A stretch of 64,000 nucleotides of DNA from Acholeplasmataceae bacterium (lineage in GTDB: Bacteria; Bacillota_I; Bacilli_A; Acholeplasmatales; Acholeplasmataceae). The position numbers were made by a program, and so were the translations under genes. Position 1 is the stretch's first letter. Each line of letters starts with the position of its first letter. This document shows positions 41,002 to 51,373 of the stretch, in pieces. The notes under the pieces were generated by a model. That model saw nothing but the letters and a program-made list of their open reading frames with translations, searched no databases and was not told the DNA's origin. Location of the stretch: NCBI GenBank assembly GCA_034005105.1, contig JAVEVJ010000001.1:5954-69953 (forward strand), given 5' to 3'.

Positions 41002-43110
41002 ATGAAAAAAACGTATCGTATCAAGTATATTGATTGTGCACAATGTGCAACAACAATCGAAGAAACACTTAAGAAAACAGCAGGTATTGAAGCGGTTAAT
41101 CTTGATTTTGCTAGCGAAAAACTGAGTCTATCGGGTAAGAATAAAGCATTAGATAAACCCTTTATATCGAAAGTTATTCATGAGGTAGAACCTGAAGTTG
41201 AACTCTTCGAACTCGATGAAGTGATTGTTAAAGAAGAGGTCAAACTTAAACCAAAAGAATGGATTCTATACGGAATCGGTCTTGGACTCGCACTTTTAGG
41301 TTACTTGCTTTATGATGTATTAAGCGTACCTGTTCTAGATATTATAGCCATTCCAATATTCGCTGCAAGTTACCTCATCTTCGGATACAGTGTACTCCTT
41401 AGAGCATTTAGAAATATACTCAAAGGACAATGGTTTGATGAGCATCTTCTCATGACGATTGCGACACTCGGAGCATTTGCTATTGGAGAATTTATTGAAG
41501 CCATTGCTGTGATGCTCTTTTACCGGATTGGTGAGTATCTACAGGATTTATCCGTTTCAAGATCGCGTGAAAGCATACAATCATTAATCGATATTAAACC
41601 AACGATTGCGCACCTCTTAGTTGAAGAAGGAGTCGAAGATGTTGCTCCTGAATCACTTAAGGTTGGAGAACTTATCGTCATTCGTCCAGGTGAAAAAATA
41701 CCTGTTGATGGTATCATTACCGAAGGAAGTTCATGGCTAGATACAAGTTCAGTAACAGGTGAATCCATGCCAAGAGATGCTTTTGAAGGAACAGAAGTCA
41801 TTTCAGGTTCAATTAACATTTCAGGTTTGATTACGGTTCAAGTGATGAAGCAATATGTTGATTCTACCGTCAAAAAAATCATGGACTTTGTCGAAAACAA
41901 TCAGATGAAAAAAGCGAAAACAGAAAAATTCATGACAAAATTTGCGAAGATCTACACACCAGTAGTTGTTGGCTTAGCATTTATCCTTGCTTTTCTTGTT
42001 CCTGTTTTTGCTTCATTGATCCAAGGTGTAAGCTATTTGTCTATCCTCCTTTTATATATTGAACGTGCACTCATCTTCTTAGTCATCAGTTGCCCGTGTG
42101 CACTCGTGTTATCGATTCCATTATCCTTTTTTGCAGGTATCGGGTCGGCATCTAGAAAAGGTATACTCGTTAAAAGCGGAAGTGATTTAGAGACACTTGC
42201 ATCAATTGAACACTTCGTATTCGATAAAACGGGAACGCTCAGTCAAGGTAAATTCAAACTCGATCAAATCGTTTCTGGAGAACCCGATCTCATCTTAGAA
42301 TATGCAGCACACGCTGAATACCACTCCAATCATCCGATTGCTCATTCCATTTTAGATGCATACGGTAAAACACCCAATGATAAACTCGTCTTATCCGTAA
42401 GAGAAATAGCTGGTAAAGGTATCAAAGCAAATTATCAAGGCATCCATCTTTTAGTCGGTAATGAACGTCTTTTGGATGATCATAAGATTCAGTATTTGAA
42501 AACACATCAGATGGGAACTATCGTCTATGTAGCAGCAAACAATGAGTTTATGGGATATCTTGTCATTAAAGATCAACTTAAGAAACGTGCTAAACGAACC
42601 ATACAAGGCTTACTCAAGCAACATAAAGGCGTCACGATGGTAACAGGTGACTACGATTCAGAAGCGAAGGATGCCAGTTTTCAATTAGGCATTGAAGATT
42701 ACTATGCTAATTGTCTACCAGAAGATAAGGTAAGAATTATTGAAGCTCTCAAAGCTGCAAGAAAAGTTGCTTTTATCGGAGATGGTATGAATGATGCACC
42801 GGTCTTGACCAAAGCTGATTTAGGCATTGCGATGGGTGGTATCGGTAGTGATATTGCGATTGAAGCATCCGATATTGTCATAATGAACGATGATCCATAT
42901 CGCGTATTGGTGGGTTATCATATTGCTAAAAAAACGATGCGGATCGTGATGCAAAATATCATGATGGCATTGAGCATTAAGCTCGTTGTACTGATATTAG
43001 GATCACTAGGTTATGCAAGTCTTTGGTTAGCCATATTCGCTGATGTCGGTGTTTCAATACTAGCGGTTGCTAACGCTATGCGAATCTTTCGAATCAAAAA
43101 ACAAAAATAA
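41002..43110 (+). CDS. cadA: P1B-type Zn/Cd/Pb-transporting ATPase
   Basis: CAQC HMA motif, TGES, SCPCAL, FDKTGT, HP, GDGMNDAP; start at ATG 41002. Confidence 0.9.
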   Translation: MKKTYRIKYIDCAQCATTIEETLKKTAGIEAVNLDFASEKLSLSGKNKALDKPFISKVIHEVEPEVELFELDEVIVKEEVKLKPKEWILYGIGLGLALLGYLLYDVLSVPVLDIIAIPIFAASYLIFGYSVLLRAFRNILKGQWFDEHLLMTIATLGAFAIGEFIEAIAVMLFYRIGEYLQDLSVSRSRESIQSLIDIKPTIAHLLVEEGVEDVAPESLKVGELIVIRPGEKIPVDGIITEGSSWLDTSSVTGESMPRDAFEGTEVISGSINISGLITVQVMKQYVDSTVKKIMDFVENNQMKKAKTEKFMTKFAKIYTPVVVGLAFILAFLVPVFASLIQGVSYLSILLLYIERALIFLVISCPCALVLSIPLSFFAGIGSASRKGILVKSGSDLETLASIEHFVFDKTGTLSQGKFKLDQIVSGEPDLILEYAAHAEYHSNHPIAHSILDAYGKTPNDKLVLSVREIAGKGIKANYQGIHLLVGNERLLDDHKIQYLKTHQMGTIVYVAANNEFMGYLVIKDQLKKRAKRTIQGLLKQHKGVTMVTGDYDSEAKDASFQLGIEDYYANCLPEDKVRIIEALKAARKVAFIGDGMNDAPVLTKADLGIAMGGIGSDIAIEASDIVIMNDDPYRVLVGYHIAKKTMRIVMQNIMMALSIKLVVLILGSLGYASLWLAIFADVGVSILAVANAMRIFRIKKQK

Positions 43111-43130
43111 GGGGTTTCAATCCCTTTTTT
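43109..43130 (+). terminator. Probable terminator after cadA
   Basis: AAGGGGT/ATCCCTT stem (one GU pair) plus T run. Confidence 0.55.
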
Positions 43131-43175
43131 CTTCTAAAGAAACCATATCTTGTATAATAAGGGTAGGTGATTTGG

Positions 43176-45140
43176 ATGGAAGTTAAACTTGATCAAATCA
43201 AAGGTATAGGACCACAGACATTAAGACTTTTAAGAAATCAAGGCATATGGAACGCATATGACCTTGTTTTACATGTACCCAAAGGCTATGAAGATTATTC
43301 CATCACCAAACTAACCGATGCCAATCATAAAGATGTCATTACAGTTATCGGTAAGATTACCACGGAACCCAAACTTATCCGTGGGGGTAAAGTTGAACGT
43401 GTTGTCTTTAAGGCTTTAGTGCTCAATGAAGTGATTGATATCGTTGCTTTTGGTCGAAGTTATCTTATCAAACAACTAAAAAAAGATGATGAAGTTCAGA
43501 TTAAAGGTACCTATCATCTCTACTTTCAACAGATCAATGCGTCATCTATTGTCAAAGCTGAAAAAAGAGTGTCTATCAAAGCAGCTTATGGAATCGAAGG
43601 ACTCCATGATAAAACCATTATGAATTTAATTGAAACAATCAGACAAGAAAATTATGTAACCATCTATGAGAACATACCCAAAGAATTCATAAACAAGTAT
43701 CACCTCATGTCAAGACAAGATGCATTCTACCAACTTCATTTACCCAAAAGTTTCCAAATGATTGAGCAAGCAAAGCGACGTATGAAATATGAGGAAGCTT
43801 TCTTTATGCAACTCAAACGAATGGCAACTCAAAAAAAGAGAGAATCTAGATTACCCAAAAATTATGATATCTATGCAGTCAAGGAATTGATTGCTTCACT
43901 TCCCTACGAACTCACTCAAGATCAAAAAGATGCCGTCAATGATATCTATCGTGATTTTAAACAGGAGCACGTATCATATCGCTTAATTCAAGGTGACGTG
44001 GGATCAGGAAAGACCATCGTTGCATTGCTTGCTGCCTATGCGATTGTAACAGCAAAAGAACAGGTCTCCATCATGGCACCTACAGAACTCCTAGCTTCGC
44101 AACACTATCAGTTTTTCACCACACACTTAAAAGATGTGAAAATCGCGTTATTAACATCAAAAACTAAAGATAAAAATGTACTTAAAGACCAGATTAAAAA
44201 TCATGAAATTGATATTGTCATTGGCACACATGCATTGATTGAATCCGATGTTATGTTTCATCATTTAGGTTTAGTTATTATCGATGAACAGCACAAGTTT
44301 GGCGTCAAAACAAGAGATGAACTGATCGATAAAGCACACGCAAAAGATGTGATCTATTTAACAGCGACACCGATTCCTAGAACGCTTGCACTCCTTGCAT
44401 TTGGTGAAGCACATGTATCCTACATCAAAGAAAAACCGAAACATCGATTACCAATTGAAACCAAGTATATTACCAAAGATCTGATCGCAGAAGTCTATGA
44501 CCATATGCATTCTGCACTGATTAGAAAAGAACACTGTATGGTTGTTGTTCCAGCGATTGATTCAGATAAGATCAGTGATAATATCGAAAACGTTTATCAA
44601 GAGCTTCAAAAAGAATTCTCTGTTCCCATTTATGTACTACACTCTAAAAAATCACCTCTAGAACAAGAAGAAGCGATGTCATCTTTTATCATGCAACCGG
44701 GATCTATACTACTTGCAACAACGATGATAGAAGTGGGTATTGATATACCGAGTGCAACCATGATGGTTATCTATCAAGCTGATCGGTTTGGTCTTGCACA
44801 ACTCCACCAGTTGCGAGGACGAGTGGGCAGAGGAAATCTTGCAAGCTATTGTTATTTAATCTCTGAAAAAGAAGATATCGAAAGACTCCAAGTATTGTCA
44901 AAAACAGATGATGGATTTAAGCTCGCTTCATTTGATTTAAGTCAAAGAGGTCCTGGTGATTTCTTAGGAGTCGAACAGAGCGGATACTTTAAATTTAACT
45001 ATTTAAATCTTATTGAGGACTACAAGATTATTCATGAAGCACAACTCAATGTCAAAGACTTGCTTAATCGCAAGGATTTTTACACCAACCCAATCTATAA
45101 ATATTTAGTCAAGTCCATTACACCTACGCCTGGCGTATGA
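43176..45140 (+). CDS. recG: ATP-dependent DNA helicase RecG
   Basis: RLIQGDVGSGKT, DEQHKFG, TATPIPRTL, QLHQLRGRVGRG, RGPG. Confidence 0.96.
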   Translation: MEVKLDQIKGIGPQTLRLLRNQGIWNAYDLVLHVPKGYEDYSITKLTDANHKDVITVIGKITTEPKLIRGGKVERVVFKALVLNEVIDIVAFGRSYLIKQLKKDDEVQIKGTYHLYFQQINASSIVKAEKRVSIKAAYGIEGLHDKTIMNLIETIRQENYVTIYENIPKEFINKYHLMSRQDAFYQLHLPKSFQMIEQAKRRMKYEEAFFMQLKRMATQKKRESRLPKNYDIYAVKELIASLPYELTQDQKDAVNDIYRDFKQEHVSYRLIQGDVGSGKTIVALLAAYAIVTAKEQVSIMAPTELLASQHYQFFTTHLKDVKIALLTSKTKDKNVLKDQIKNHEIDIVIGTHALIESDVMFHHLGLVIIDEQHKFGVKTRDELIDKAHAKDVIYLTATPIPRTLALLAFGEAHVSYIKEKPKHRLPIETKYITKDLIAEVYDHMHSALIRKEHCMVVVPAIDSDKISDNIENVYQELQKEFSVPIYVLHSKKSPLEQEEAMSSFIMQPGSILLATTMIEVGIDIPSATMMVIYQADRFGLAQLHQLRGRVGRGNLASYCYLISEKEDIERLQVLSKTDDGFKLASFDLSQRGPGDFLGVEQSGYFKFNYLNLIEDYKIIHEAQLNVKDLLNRKDFYTNPIYKYLVKSITPTPGV

Positions 45141-45146
45141 TATAAT
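45138..45146 (+). promoter_or_regulatory. Extended -10 element for plsX-rnc-dnaD-nth
   Basis: TGaTATAAT overlapping the recG stop codon. Confidence 0.55.
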
Positions 45147-45172
45147 GGTATATACGGAAAGTAGGTATATAT

Positions 45173-46180
45173 ATGATTCGTTTAGCAGTCGATGGTATGG
45201 GTGGAGATTTTGCTCCAGAACCCATTGTTAAAGGTACCTTAATGGCCTTAGAAAAATTTGATAATATCGAAATAACCATCTTTGGTGACGAAACAAAGAT
45301 GGCTCCATTCTTGAAACAACATGAACGTTTGCACGTTGTTCACACACCACACTATATGCCCATGGGAGAAAAAGATCCCATCCACCAGTATCGTACAAAT
45401 AAAGAGCACTCCATGTTTATGGCTATGCAGCATGTCAAAGATGGTCACTCTGAAGCTGTCATTTCAGCAGGTCCCACACAAGCTTTAGTCGTAGGAGGTC
45501 ATTTCATTATCCGAAAGATGCCTCAGATGAAACGAGTTGCTATTGCCCCAATCATTCCATCAATAGATGGAAAAGGACGTATTTTGTTAGACAGTGGAGC
45601 CAACGTTGATTTTAAACCCGAGCATTTACTGGATTTTGCGATTTATGCAAGCATTATGGCAGAAAAAGTCATGAAACACGAAGAGCCCAAAGTGGCACTT
45701 ATCAATATTGGTACTGAAGATAGTAAGGGCAGAGATTTTGATAAAGAAACATTTGCCTTGCTAAAAGCAAGTCCAGACATCCATTTTTACGGAAATCTTG
45801 AACCTAAAGAGATTTTGACAACCGATGCTGATGTTCTTTTGTCGGATGGATTTACTGCCAATATCGTGATGAAAACGATGGAAGGTACCGCAAAGGGTAT
45901 GGGTGCTCTCCTCAAACGAGAAATCAAATCATCCTTTTTTGCATCCATCGGAGCACTCTTTATGCGAAAAGCACTCAAACGCTTTAAGCAATCACTCGAT
46001 GCTTCTGAAATTGGTGGAGCACTGCTTATGGGATTCCAAAACGTCGTCATAAAAGCTCAAGGAGCTTCTAAAACAAACGGCTTCTTCAACGGTATTAGAC
46101 AAGCTAAAGAAATGGTAGAAGCACGTGTGATTGATCGTGTAAAAGAAACATTAGAGAAGAAAGAAGAGAAAGCTGAATGA
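45173..46180 (+). CDS. plsX: Phosphate acyltransferase PlsX
   Basis: AVDGMGGDFAP, LDSGAN, NIGTEDSKG, GGALLMG. Confidence 0.95.
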   Translation: MIRLAVDGMGGDFAPEPIVKGTLMALEKFDNIEITIFGDETKMAPFLKQHERLHVVHTPHYMPMGEKDPIHQYRTNKEHSMFMAMQHVKDGHSEAVISAGPTQALVVGGHFIIRKMPQMKRVAIAPIIPSIDGKGRILLDSGANVDFKPEHLLDFAIYASIMAEKVMKHEEPKVALINIGTEDSKGRDFDKETFALLKASPDIHFYGNLEPKEILTTDADVLLSDGFTANIVMKTMEGTAKGMGALLKREIKSSFFASIGALFMRKALKRFKQSLDASEIGGALLMGFQNVVIKAQGASKTNGFFNGIRQAKEMVEARVIDRVKETLEKKEEKAE

Positions 46181-46851
46181 AATCATTCTTAGAGAAGCTT
46201 AATCTTCCCTATAAGGATGAATCTCTCTATGAGATTGCATTGACACATGCATCTTATGCCAACGAAAATCAGACTGAAAAGAATGAAAAATTAGAATTTT
46301 TAGGAGATTCTGTCATTGGTATACTCATGAGTGATTATCTTTATCGTGAAGATTTAGCAGATGAAGGAACGATGACCAAGCGTAGAGCACAGGCTGTATG
46401 TGAAGAAGCTTTGGTCAAATATGCATCACAAATAGGACTTAAAGACTACTTGCGACTCGGGCGAGGCGAACTTGTCAAAGGAGCAAACGATGCGATGATC
46501 GCAGATGCATTTGAAGCACTTTTTGGTGCGGTTTATCTCGATCTAGGTTTTAAGAAAGTTCAAACATTATTTCATCAAATCATCGTACCAAATCTCAATA
46601 TGGTTTGGAATATCAAAGATTATAAATCGACACTACAAGAATATATTCAAGCCGGGGACAAAAGATCGATTAGCTATCAAATCATTCGGGAGACAGGTCC
46701 TTCACACGACAAAGAGTTTGAAGCTGCTGTTAAACTTGATAATACGATCATCCTTGGTGTAGGTATCGGTAAAACTAAAAAAGAAGCTGAGCAAAATGCA
46801 GCGAAAGATGCATTGAAGAAGGGTAACTATGATCATCAAGAGACTTTATGA
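46177..46851 (+). CDS. rnc: Ribonuclease III
   Basis: ALTHAS, EKLEFLGDS, ADAFEALFGA, dsRBD DYKSTLQE...GPSH. Confidence 0.96.
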   Translation: MKSFLEKLNLPYKDESLYEIALTHASYANENQTEKNEKLEFLGDSVIGILMSDYLYREDLADEGTMTKRRAQAVCEEALVKYASQIGLKDYLRLGRGELVKGANDAMIADAFEALFGAVYLDLGFKKVQTLFHQIIVPNLNMVWNIKDYKSTLQEYIQAGDKRSISYQIIRETGPSHDKEFEAAVKLDNTIILGVGIGKTKKEAEQNAAKDALKKGNYDHQETL

Positions 46852-47443
46852 AGAATTTGATCTCTCCATTGAAAGAATTTTACTCAAAGAGTATCGAAGA
46901 CTCAATCTTACAATGGCTGAAATGTCTGTGTTAATCGCACTTTTTTCAATATACAAAAAAAGAAAGAGTTTTACGATTGCTTCCATCTCTAGACGTGTCG
47001 ATATCGGCAGTGAAGATATTGGTAACGCAGTTGAATCACTCATAGATAAAGGTTTTGTAGGCATCCATTTAGAGAAGAAAGAAGGTAAAGAAAGAGAAAT
47101 CTTTTGTCTCGATCAAGCACTTCTAAAAATGGAAGAACTCTTTCGTGAAGATGAAATGACTGAGCTCAAAGAAACGCTGGAAAATGAAATCGTCGATACA
47201 ATTAAACTATTAGAACAAGGTCTCGGTCGTGGGCTCTTACCCTATGAGTTAGAAAACATCAGAAGATGGTATGAAGAAAAGGCATTTACAACCGAGGATA
47301 TTCATCGCTGTATTCTTGAAGCTGGGGAGCAAGTCAGTGTTAAACTTGTTGAGCGGATGCTCAATCAAAGTTCACTAAAACCTGTTGAAATTGATGCTGA
47401 ACTCGAAGAAGCTCTTGATCAGATCTACAAGAACATTAAATGA
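46829..47443 (+). CDS. dnaD: DnaD-family replication protein
   Basis: Winged-helix N-terminal half and LGRGLLPYELENIRRW DnaB_2-like segment; upstream of nth as in Firmicutes. Confidence 0.65.
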   Translation: MIIKRLYEEFDLSIERILLKEYRRLNLTMAEMSVLIALFSIYKKRKSFTIASISRRVDIGSEDIGNAVESLIDKGFVGIHLEKKEGKEREIFCLDQALLKMEELFREDEMTELKETLENEIVDTIKLLEQGLGRGLLPYELENIRRWYEEKAFTTEDIHRCILEAGEQVSVKLVERMLNQSSLKPVEIDAELEEALDQIYKNIK

Positions 47444-48075
47444 ACAGAATAGACATCATCTCTAAAACACTCAATGAAATGTTTCCCCATGCACGCGCTG
47501 AACTCCAATTTAACAATACATTTGAATTATTGATTGCTGTTGTTCTATCAGCACAGACAACAGATATTAGCGTCAATCGTGTGACACCACAGTTATTTTC
47601 GAAATATCCAACACCACGCGATTTAAAAAATGCTGATATCAAAGACATTGAATCCATTATTCGATCCATTGGACTCTATCGCAATAAAGCAAAAAATATC
47701 ATTGCTTTATCAGCAATAATTGATGATACCTATCAAGGTATAATACCAAGAGATCGTGATGAACTTGAAAAACTTCCAGGTGTTGGTCGAAAGACTGCAA
47801 ACGTCGTTGTCAGCAATGCATTTGGTATACCAGCTTTTGCTGTAGATACCCATGTTAAGCGAATTTCCATTCGTTTGGGTTTAGCAGAAAAGGGAGATTC
47901 TGTTTTAGAAATCGAAAAGAAATTGATGAAACAATTTCCTAAATCTGAATGGTTACGACTCCACCATCAAATGATTTTCTTTGGAAGATATCACTGTTTA
48001 GCTAAACAGCCGAAATGTTATCAATGTCCACTATATGACCTTTGTGAAAGCGAAGATAAGCAATTATTAACCTAA
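47440..48075 (+). CDS. nth: Endonuclease III
   Basis: LLIAVVLSAQTTD, LPGVGRKTA, AVDTHV, C-x6-C-x2-C-x5-C Fe-S motif. Confidence 0.96.
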   Translation: MNRIDIISKTLNEMFPHARAELQFNNTFELLIAVVLSAQTTDISVNRVTPQLFSKYPTPRDLKNADIKDIESIIRSIGLYRNKAKNIIALSAIIDDTYQGIIPRDRDELEKLPGVGRKTANVVVSNAFGIPAFAVDTHVKRISIRLGLAEKGDSVLEIEKKLMKQFPKSEWLRLHHQMIFFGRYHCLAKQPKCYQCPLYDLCESEDKQLLT

Positions 48076-48093
48076 GGCCAGATGGCCTTTTTT
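48074..48093 (+). terminator. Terminator after nth
   Basis: AAGGCC-AGAT-GGCCTT plus T run. Confidence 0.75.
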
Positions 48094-48167
48094 CTTTACT
48101 CATTCTTGATTGTTTCATCTTTGATTTTTACTCTTATGTCACCAAATCGACATCAAAGGAGTAAATC

Positions 48168-49415
48168 ATGAATTTAAAACACGTGTATCGACAGTTGAAG
48201 AAGAGAAAGGAGCTCAAGCATTTTGAGGTAAGACCCATTGGTTCAGCATTAAGAATCAAACGAAAAGAAATGAAAATGACACTTGAAGAAGGAGCGGAGG
48301 GGATTTGCAGTGTCTCCTATTTGTCAAAATTAGAAACCAACCAAATTGTTCCCAATCTTGATTTTGTAGACAGGCTTGTTGAACGTTTTGGTCTCAAAGA
48401 AAAAATAGCCTACGATTCAGAACAATTTGAAAGTGATTTTAATGACTTAAAGCATTTCATGTTTCAACTCGAACAACCCAGTTTTAGCTACATGGAAAAT
48501 TATATTGAAAGAGAAGACCATCAAGCGCTTATCATTCGACTAATTGAATTTGCAATCACCAAGAATAGCGATCAAGCACTTCATTATTTTCAAGAACTCG
48601 TTCCCTTTCTTCCACATCTAAAAGATGAGGAATTAACGATGGTGTTACTATCCGCCGCTGAAGCATTTGTTTTAGAAGAAAACTATCAGGATGCCTATCG
48701 TATGGCAGCAGAAATCCCTAAAACCAGTGAATCGAATGAACACCTTCACCTTTTAACCTTACGATTGAAATTGATTATCAGTTTTCTTGAACATAAGCCT
48801 TCGGATCTAATGACCAAGTACCATACGTATATTCAAGAAGTTGAATCGCTTGGTTATTATCATTTAGCCAAAGAGATGAAACGATACCTATTGGTCTATT
48901 TAGCACAGTATCACTTACCAGATGAAATCTTAAAATTATCCATTTGTCTTGATCGTGAGGGGAAACTATCAAATCTTCCATACGCTATCGCTTGTTTCAT
49001 GCACCAAGACTACGAGAAAGTCGTCCTGTTAGCAAGAGATCAAAAACCATTAAACGACTGGTTGATGATCTATTTACTAGCCATGGAAAGAACAAGCCGT
49101 TTTGAGGAAATCAAACACACAATAAATCATCGAATACCCGATACACTTAATAAAACAGAAAAATTAATACTCACACATTTTATCGCAAAATATGAAAAAG
49201 ATGAGAAGGGACAACTTCACTACTTAAGAAGAGATTTGCTTGGAAATCGCATTTCATCTGACAATCCAATCTGTTTAGAATATATCATGATGGATGCATC
49301 GAGATGGTTTGCAAAATATCAGTTTTATAAAGAAGCCTATCTGGTTATTCAACAGTATCAGCCAAGAATTAAAAAATTAAGACTAGCCATGAAAAGTCGC
49401 ATAGATGAAGTGTAA
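48168..49415 (+). CDS. XRE-HTH regulator with a long helical C-terminal domain (RRNPP/Rgg-like)
   Basis: IGSALRIKRKEMKMTLEEGAEGICSVSYLSKLE N-terminal HTH; about 340-aa helical remainder. Confidence 0.7.
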   Translation: MNLKHVYRQLKKRKELKHFEVRPIGSALRIKRKEMKMTLEEGAEGICSVSYLSKLETNQIVPNLDFVDRLVERFGLKEKIAYDSEQFESDFNDLKHFMFQLEQPSFSYMENYIEREDHQALIIRLIEFAITKNSDQALHYFQELVPFLPHLKDEELTMVLLSAAEAFVLEENYQDAYRMAAEIPKTSESNEHLHLLTLRLKLIISFLEHKPSDLMTKYHTYIQEVESLGYYHLAKEMKRYLLVYLAQYHLPDEILKLSICLDREGKLSNLPYAIACFMHQDYEKVVLLARDQKPLNDWLMIYLLAMERTSRFEEIKHTINHRIPDTLNKTEKLILTHFIAKYEKDEKGQLHYLRRDLLGNRISSDNPICLEYIMMDASRWFAKYQFYKEAYLVIQQYQPRIKKLRLAMKSRIDEV

Positions 49416-49430
49416 AAGCTTCATTTTTTT
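49405..49430 (+). terminator. Probable terminator after the regulator gene
   Basis: ATGAAG/CTTCAT stem plus T run. Confidence 0.5.
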
Positions 49431-49469
49431 GTTATTCAACCCTAAAAATAAGCATATCAACATGAAAAA

Positions 49470-49498
49470 TTGACTAATTATAGTTTTTACTATAAAAT
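49470..49498 (+). promoter_or_regulatory. Sigma70 promoter of the ABC exporter genes
   Basis: TTGACT-N17-TAAAAT, with a TTATAGT-N4-ACTATAA palindrome across the spacer and -10. Confidence 0.65.
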
Positions 49499-49525
49499 GA
49501 TTTTGGCTGAGAGGAGGGAACAACG

Positions 49526-51373
49526 ATGCGAATGATAAAATTATTCAGCTTAGCCAAGGGCTTTTTTGTACTCTTCATTGTCGCTGCATTCTTAACAGCC
49601 TTTCACCAATGGACTTACTCAAATGTTCCCTTATTTACGCAGTACCTGATGAAGACACTGCTTGCCATTCCGGACATTGCTCCAGGCAACGTGTCAGTTG
49701 GAGAGGTAAATCTACCTCGCTTTTTAATCGCCTTTTTTGAACAGGGCGATGAAATTATGGGCATCATTATCAGAATCGCGGCATCGCTGATGGTGCTTCA
49801 AGTTTTCCGTTTTTCACTTCGTTTCTTTGAAATGTGGCTCAGAGGTTCACTTCAAGAACGACTTTCTGAAAAAATGCGTGTCAGACTTTATGGACATATT
49901 CAAGATCTTAATTATGAATTCCATAACAAGAGTGACTCGGGTGATTTAATCCAACGCTGTACAACGGATATTGAAACAACCACAGGCTTTCTGACAGGTC
50001 GTATGCTCGACGTTGTTCATTTGGTATCCACATTGTTTTTTGGAGCCTATCAACTCATCTTCATCAATTCAACCATGGTGTGGGTGTCTTTAGCAATTGT
50101 ACCTTTTGTAGCGGTCTCATCAACCATCTACTTCATCAAGATCGAAAAGATTTTCGAGAGTATCGAAGAAACAGAATCGAAAATGATGACAGTTGTTCAA
50201 GAAAACCTATCGGGTGCGCGTGTTGTGCGTGCGTTTGCCAATGAGGTTTATGAAATTGAAAAAATGGAAACCAAAAATAGTGAATACAGAGATGCGCTTA
50301 TAAAAGCGAATAAAATTGTTGCTGCTTATTGGGGGATTATGGATTTTATCGGTATTACCCAATACTTGGTCATCATCGCCATTGGTGTCTACGGTATTCA
50401 ACGTGGTACGATGGATGCATCTGGTGTTGTAGCCTCTTTGGCTCTCGTTGGAATGCTCATTTGGCCAGTGCGTGGTCTGGGTCGTATTATCAATGATTTT
50501 ACGAAAGCACTCGTTGCATCAGATCGCATCAATCATATCCTTGATCAACCAAGTGAATATGATCATGACGGCACATTAACACCTGAAGTTCAAGGTGAAA
50601 TTGAATTTAAAGATGTATCGTTTAAGTTTTCCGATACGGAAGAACATTTACTCAAACAGGTAAGCTTTCATATCAAAAAGGGACAAACGGTTGCGATCAT
50701 CGGTCGTACAGGCAGTGGAAAATCTACGATTATCAACTTGCTCTTAAGAATGTACGATTATCAAGGTGGAAACATATTGATTGATGGTATTCCACTGAAT
50801 GACATTAAGAAAAAGCATATTAGAAACCAAATTGGAGTTGTACTACAAGATCCATTTCTTTACTCCAAAACAGTCTATGAAAACATCGCTATCGCTCACA
50901 AAAACGCGAATAAAGAGCTCGTTTTTCATGCTGCACAAACAGCAGCTTTAGAAAAGGACATCAACACCTTCAAACAGGGATATGACACATTGGTTGGTGA
51001 ACGTGGTACAACATTATCTGGAGGACAAAAACAACGCGTAGCAATTGCACGTGTCTTAGTGGCTGACAAGCCCATCCTCATTTTTGATGATGCCCTATCT
51101 GCGGTTGATACCAAAACGGATATGATGATTCGTGAAGCTTTACTCAATAAGACATATAGACACACGACCATCATTATCACACATCGTATTACCACTGCTA
51201 AAGAAGCAGACCAGATCATTGTGATTGACCAAGGACGTATTGCTCAGATTGGTACACATAAAGATCTTGCGAAGCAAGAAGGGCTCTATAAGAAACTTTG
51301 GGATATCCAAGGTAAGCTTGAATCTGAATTTCAAGCGATTTTAAAGGTAGGTGAGACCCATGCATCAAGATGA
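49526..51373 (+). CDS. ABC exporter subunit (TMD+NBD), degenerate Walker B
   Basis: GRTGSGKST, LSGGQKQR, LIFDD. Confidence 0.92.
   Translation: MRMIKLFSLAKGFFVLFIVAAFLTAFHQWTYSNVPLFTQYLMKTLLAIPDIAPGNVSVGEVNLPRFLIAFFEQGDEIMGIIIRIAASLMVLQVFRFSLRFFEMWLRGSLQERLSEKMRVRLYGHIQDLNYEFHNKSDSGDLIQRCTTDIETTTGFLTGRMLDVVHLVSTLFFGAYQLIFINSTMVWVSLAIVPFVAVSSTIYFIKIEKIFESIEETESKMMTVVQENLSGARVVRAFANEVYEIEKMETKNSEYRDALIKANKIVAAYWGIMDFIGITQYLVIIAIGVYGIQRGTMDASGVVASLALVGMLIWPVRGLGRIINDFTKALVASDRINHILDQPSEYDHDGTLTPEVQGEIEFKDVSFKFSDTEEHLLKQVSFHIKKGQTVAIIGRTGSGKSTIINLLLRMYDYQGGNILIDGIPLNDIKKKHIRNQIGVVLQDPFLYSKTVYENIAIAHKNANKELVFHAAQTAALEKDINTFKQGYDTLVGERGTTLSGGQKQRVAIARVLVADKPILIFDDALSAVDTKTDMMIREALLNKTYRHTTIIITHRITTAKEADQIIVIDQGRIAQIGTHKDLAKQEGLYKKLWDIQGKLESEFQAILKVGETHASR

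Noticed and set aside
45125-45137. TACGCC-T-GGCGTA palindrome beside the plsX -10
   Set aside because: It lies in recG coding sequence, 6-bp arms are expected by chance in 64 kb, and it does not resemble the FapR operator.
48123-48167. Hairpin sequestering the RBS of the XRE regulator
   Set aside because: A plausible promoter TTGATT-N17-TACTCT (48106-48134) would start transcription near 48141, so the 5' arm would not be in the mRNA. The stem is also bulged and AU-rich.
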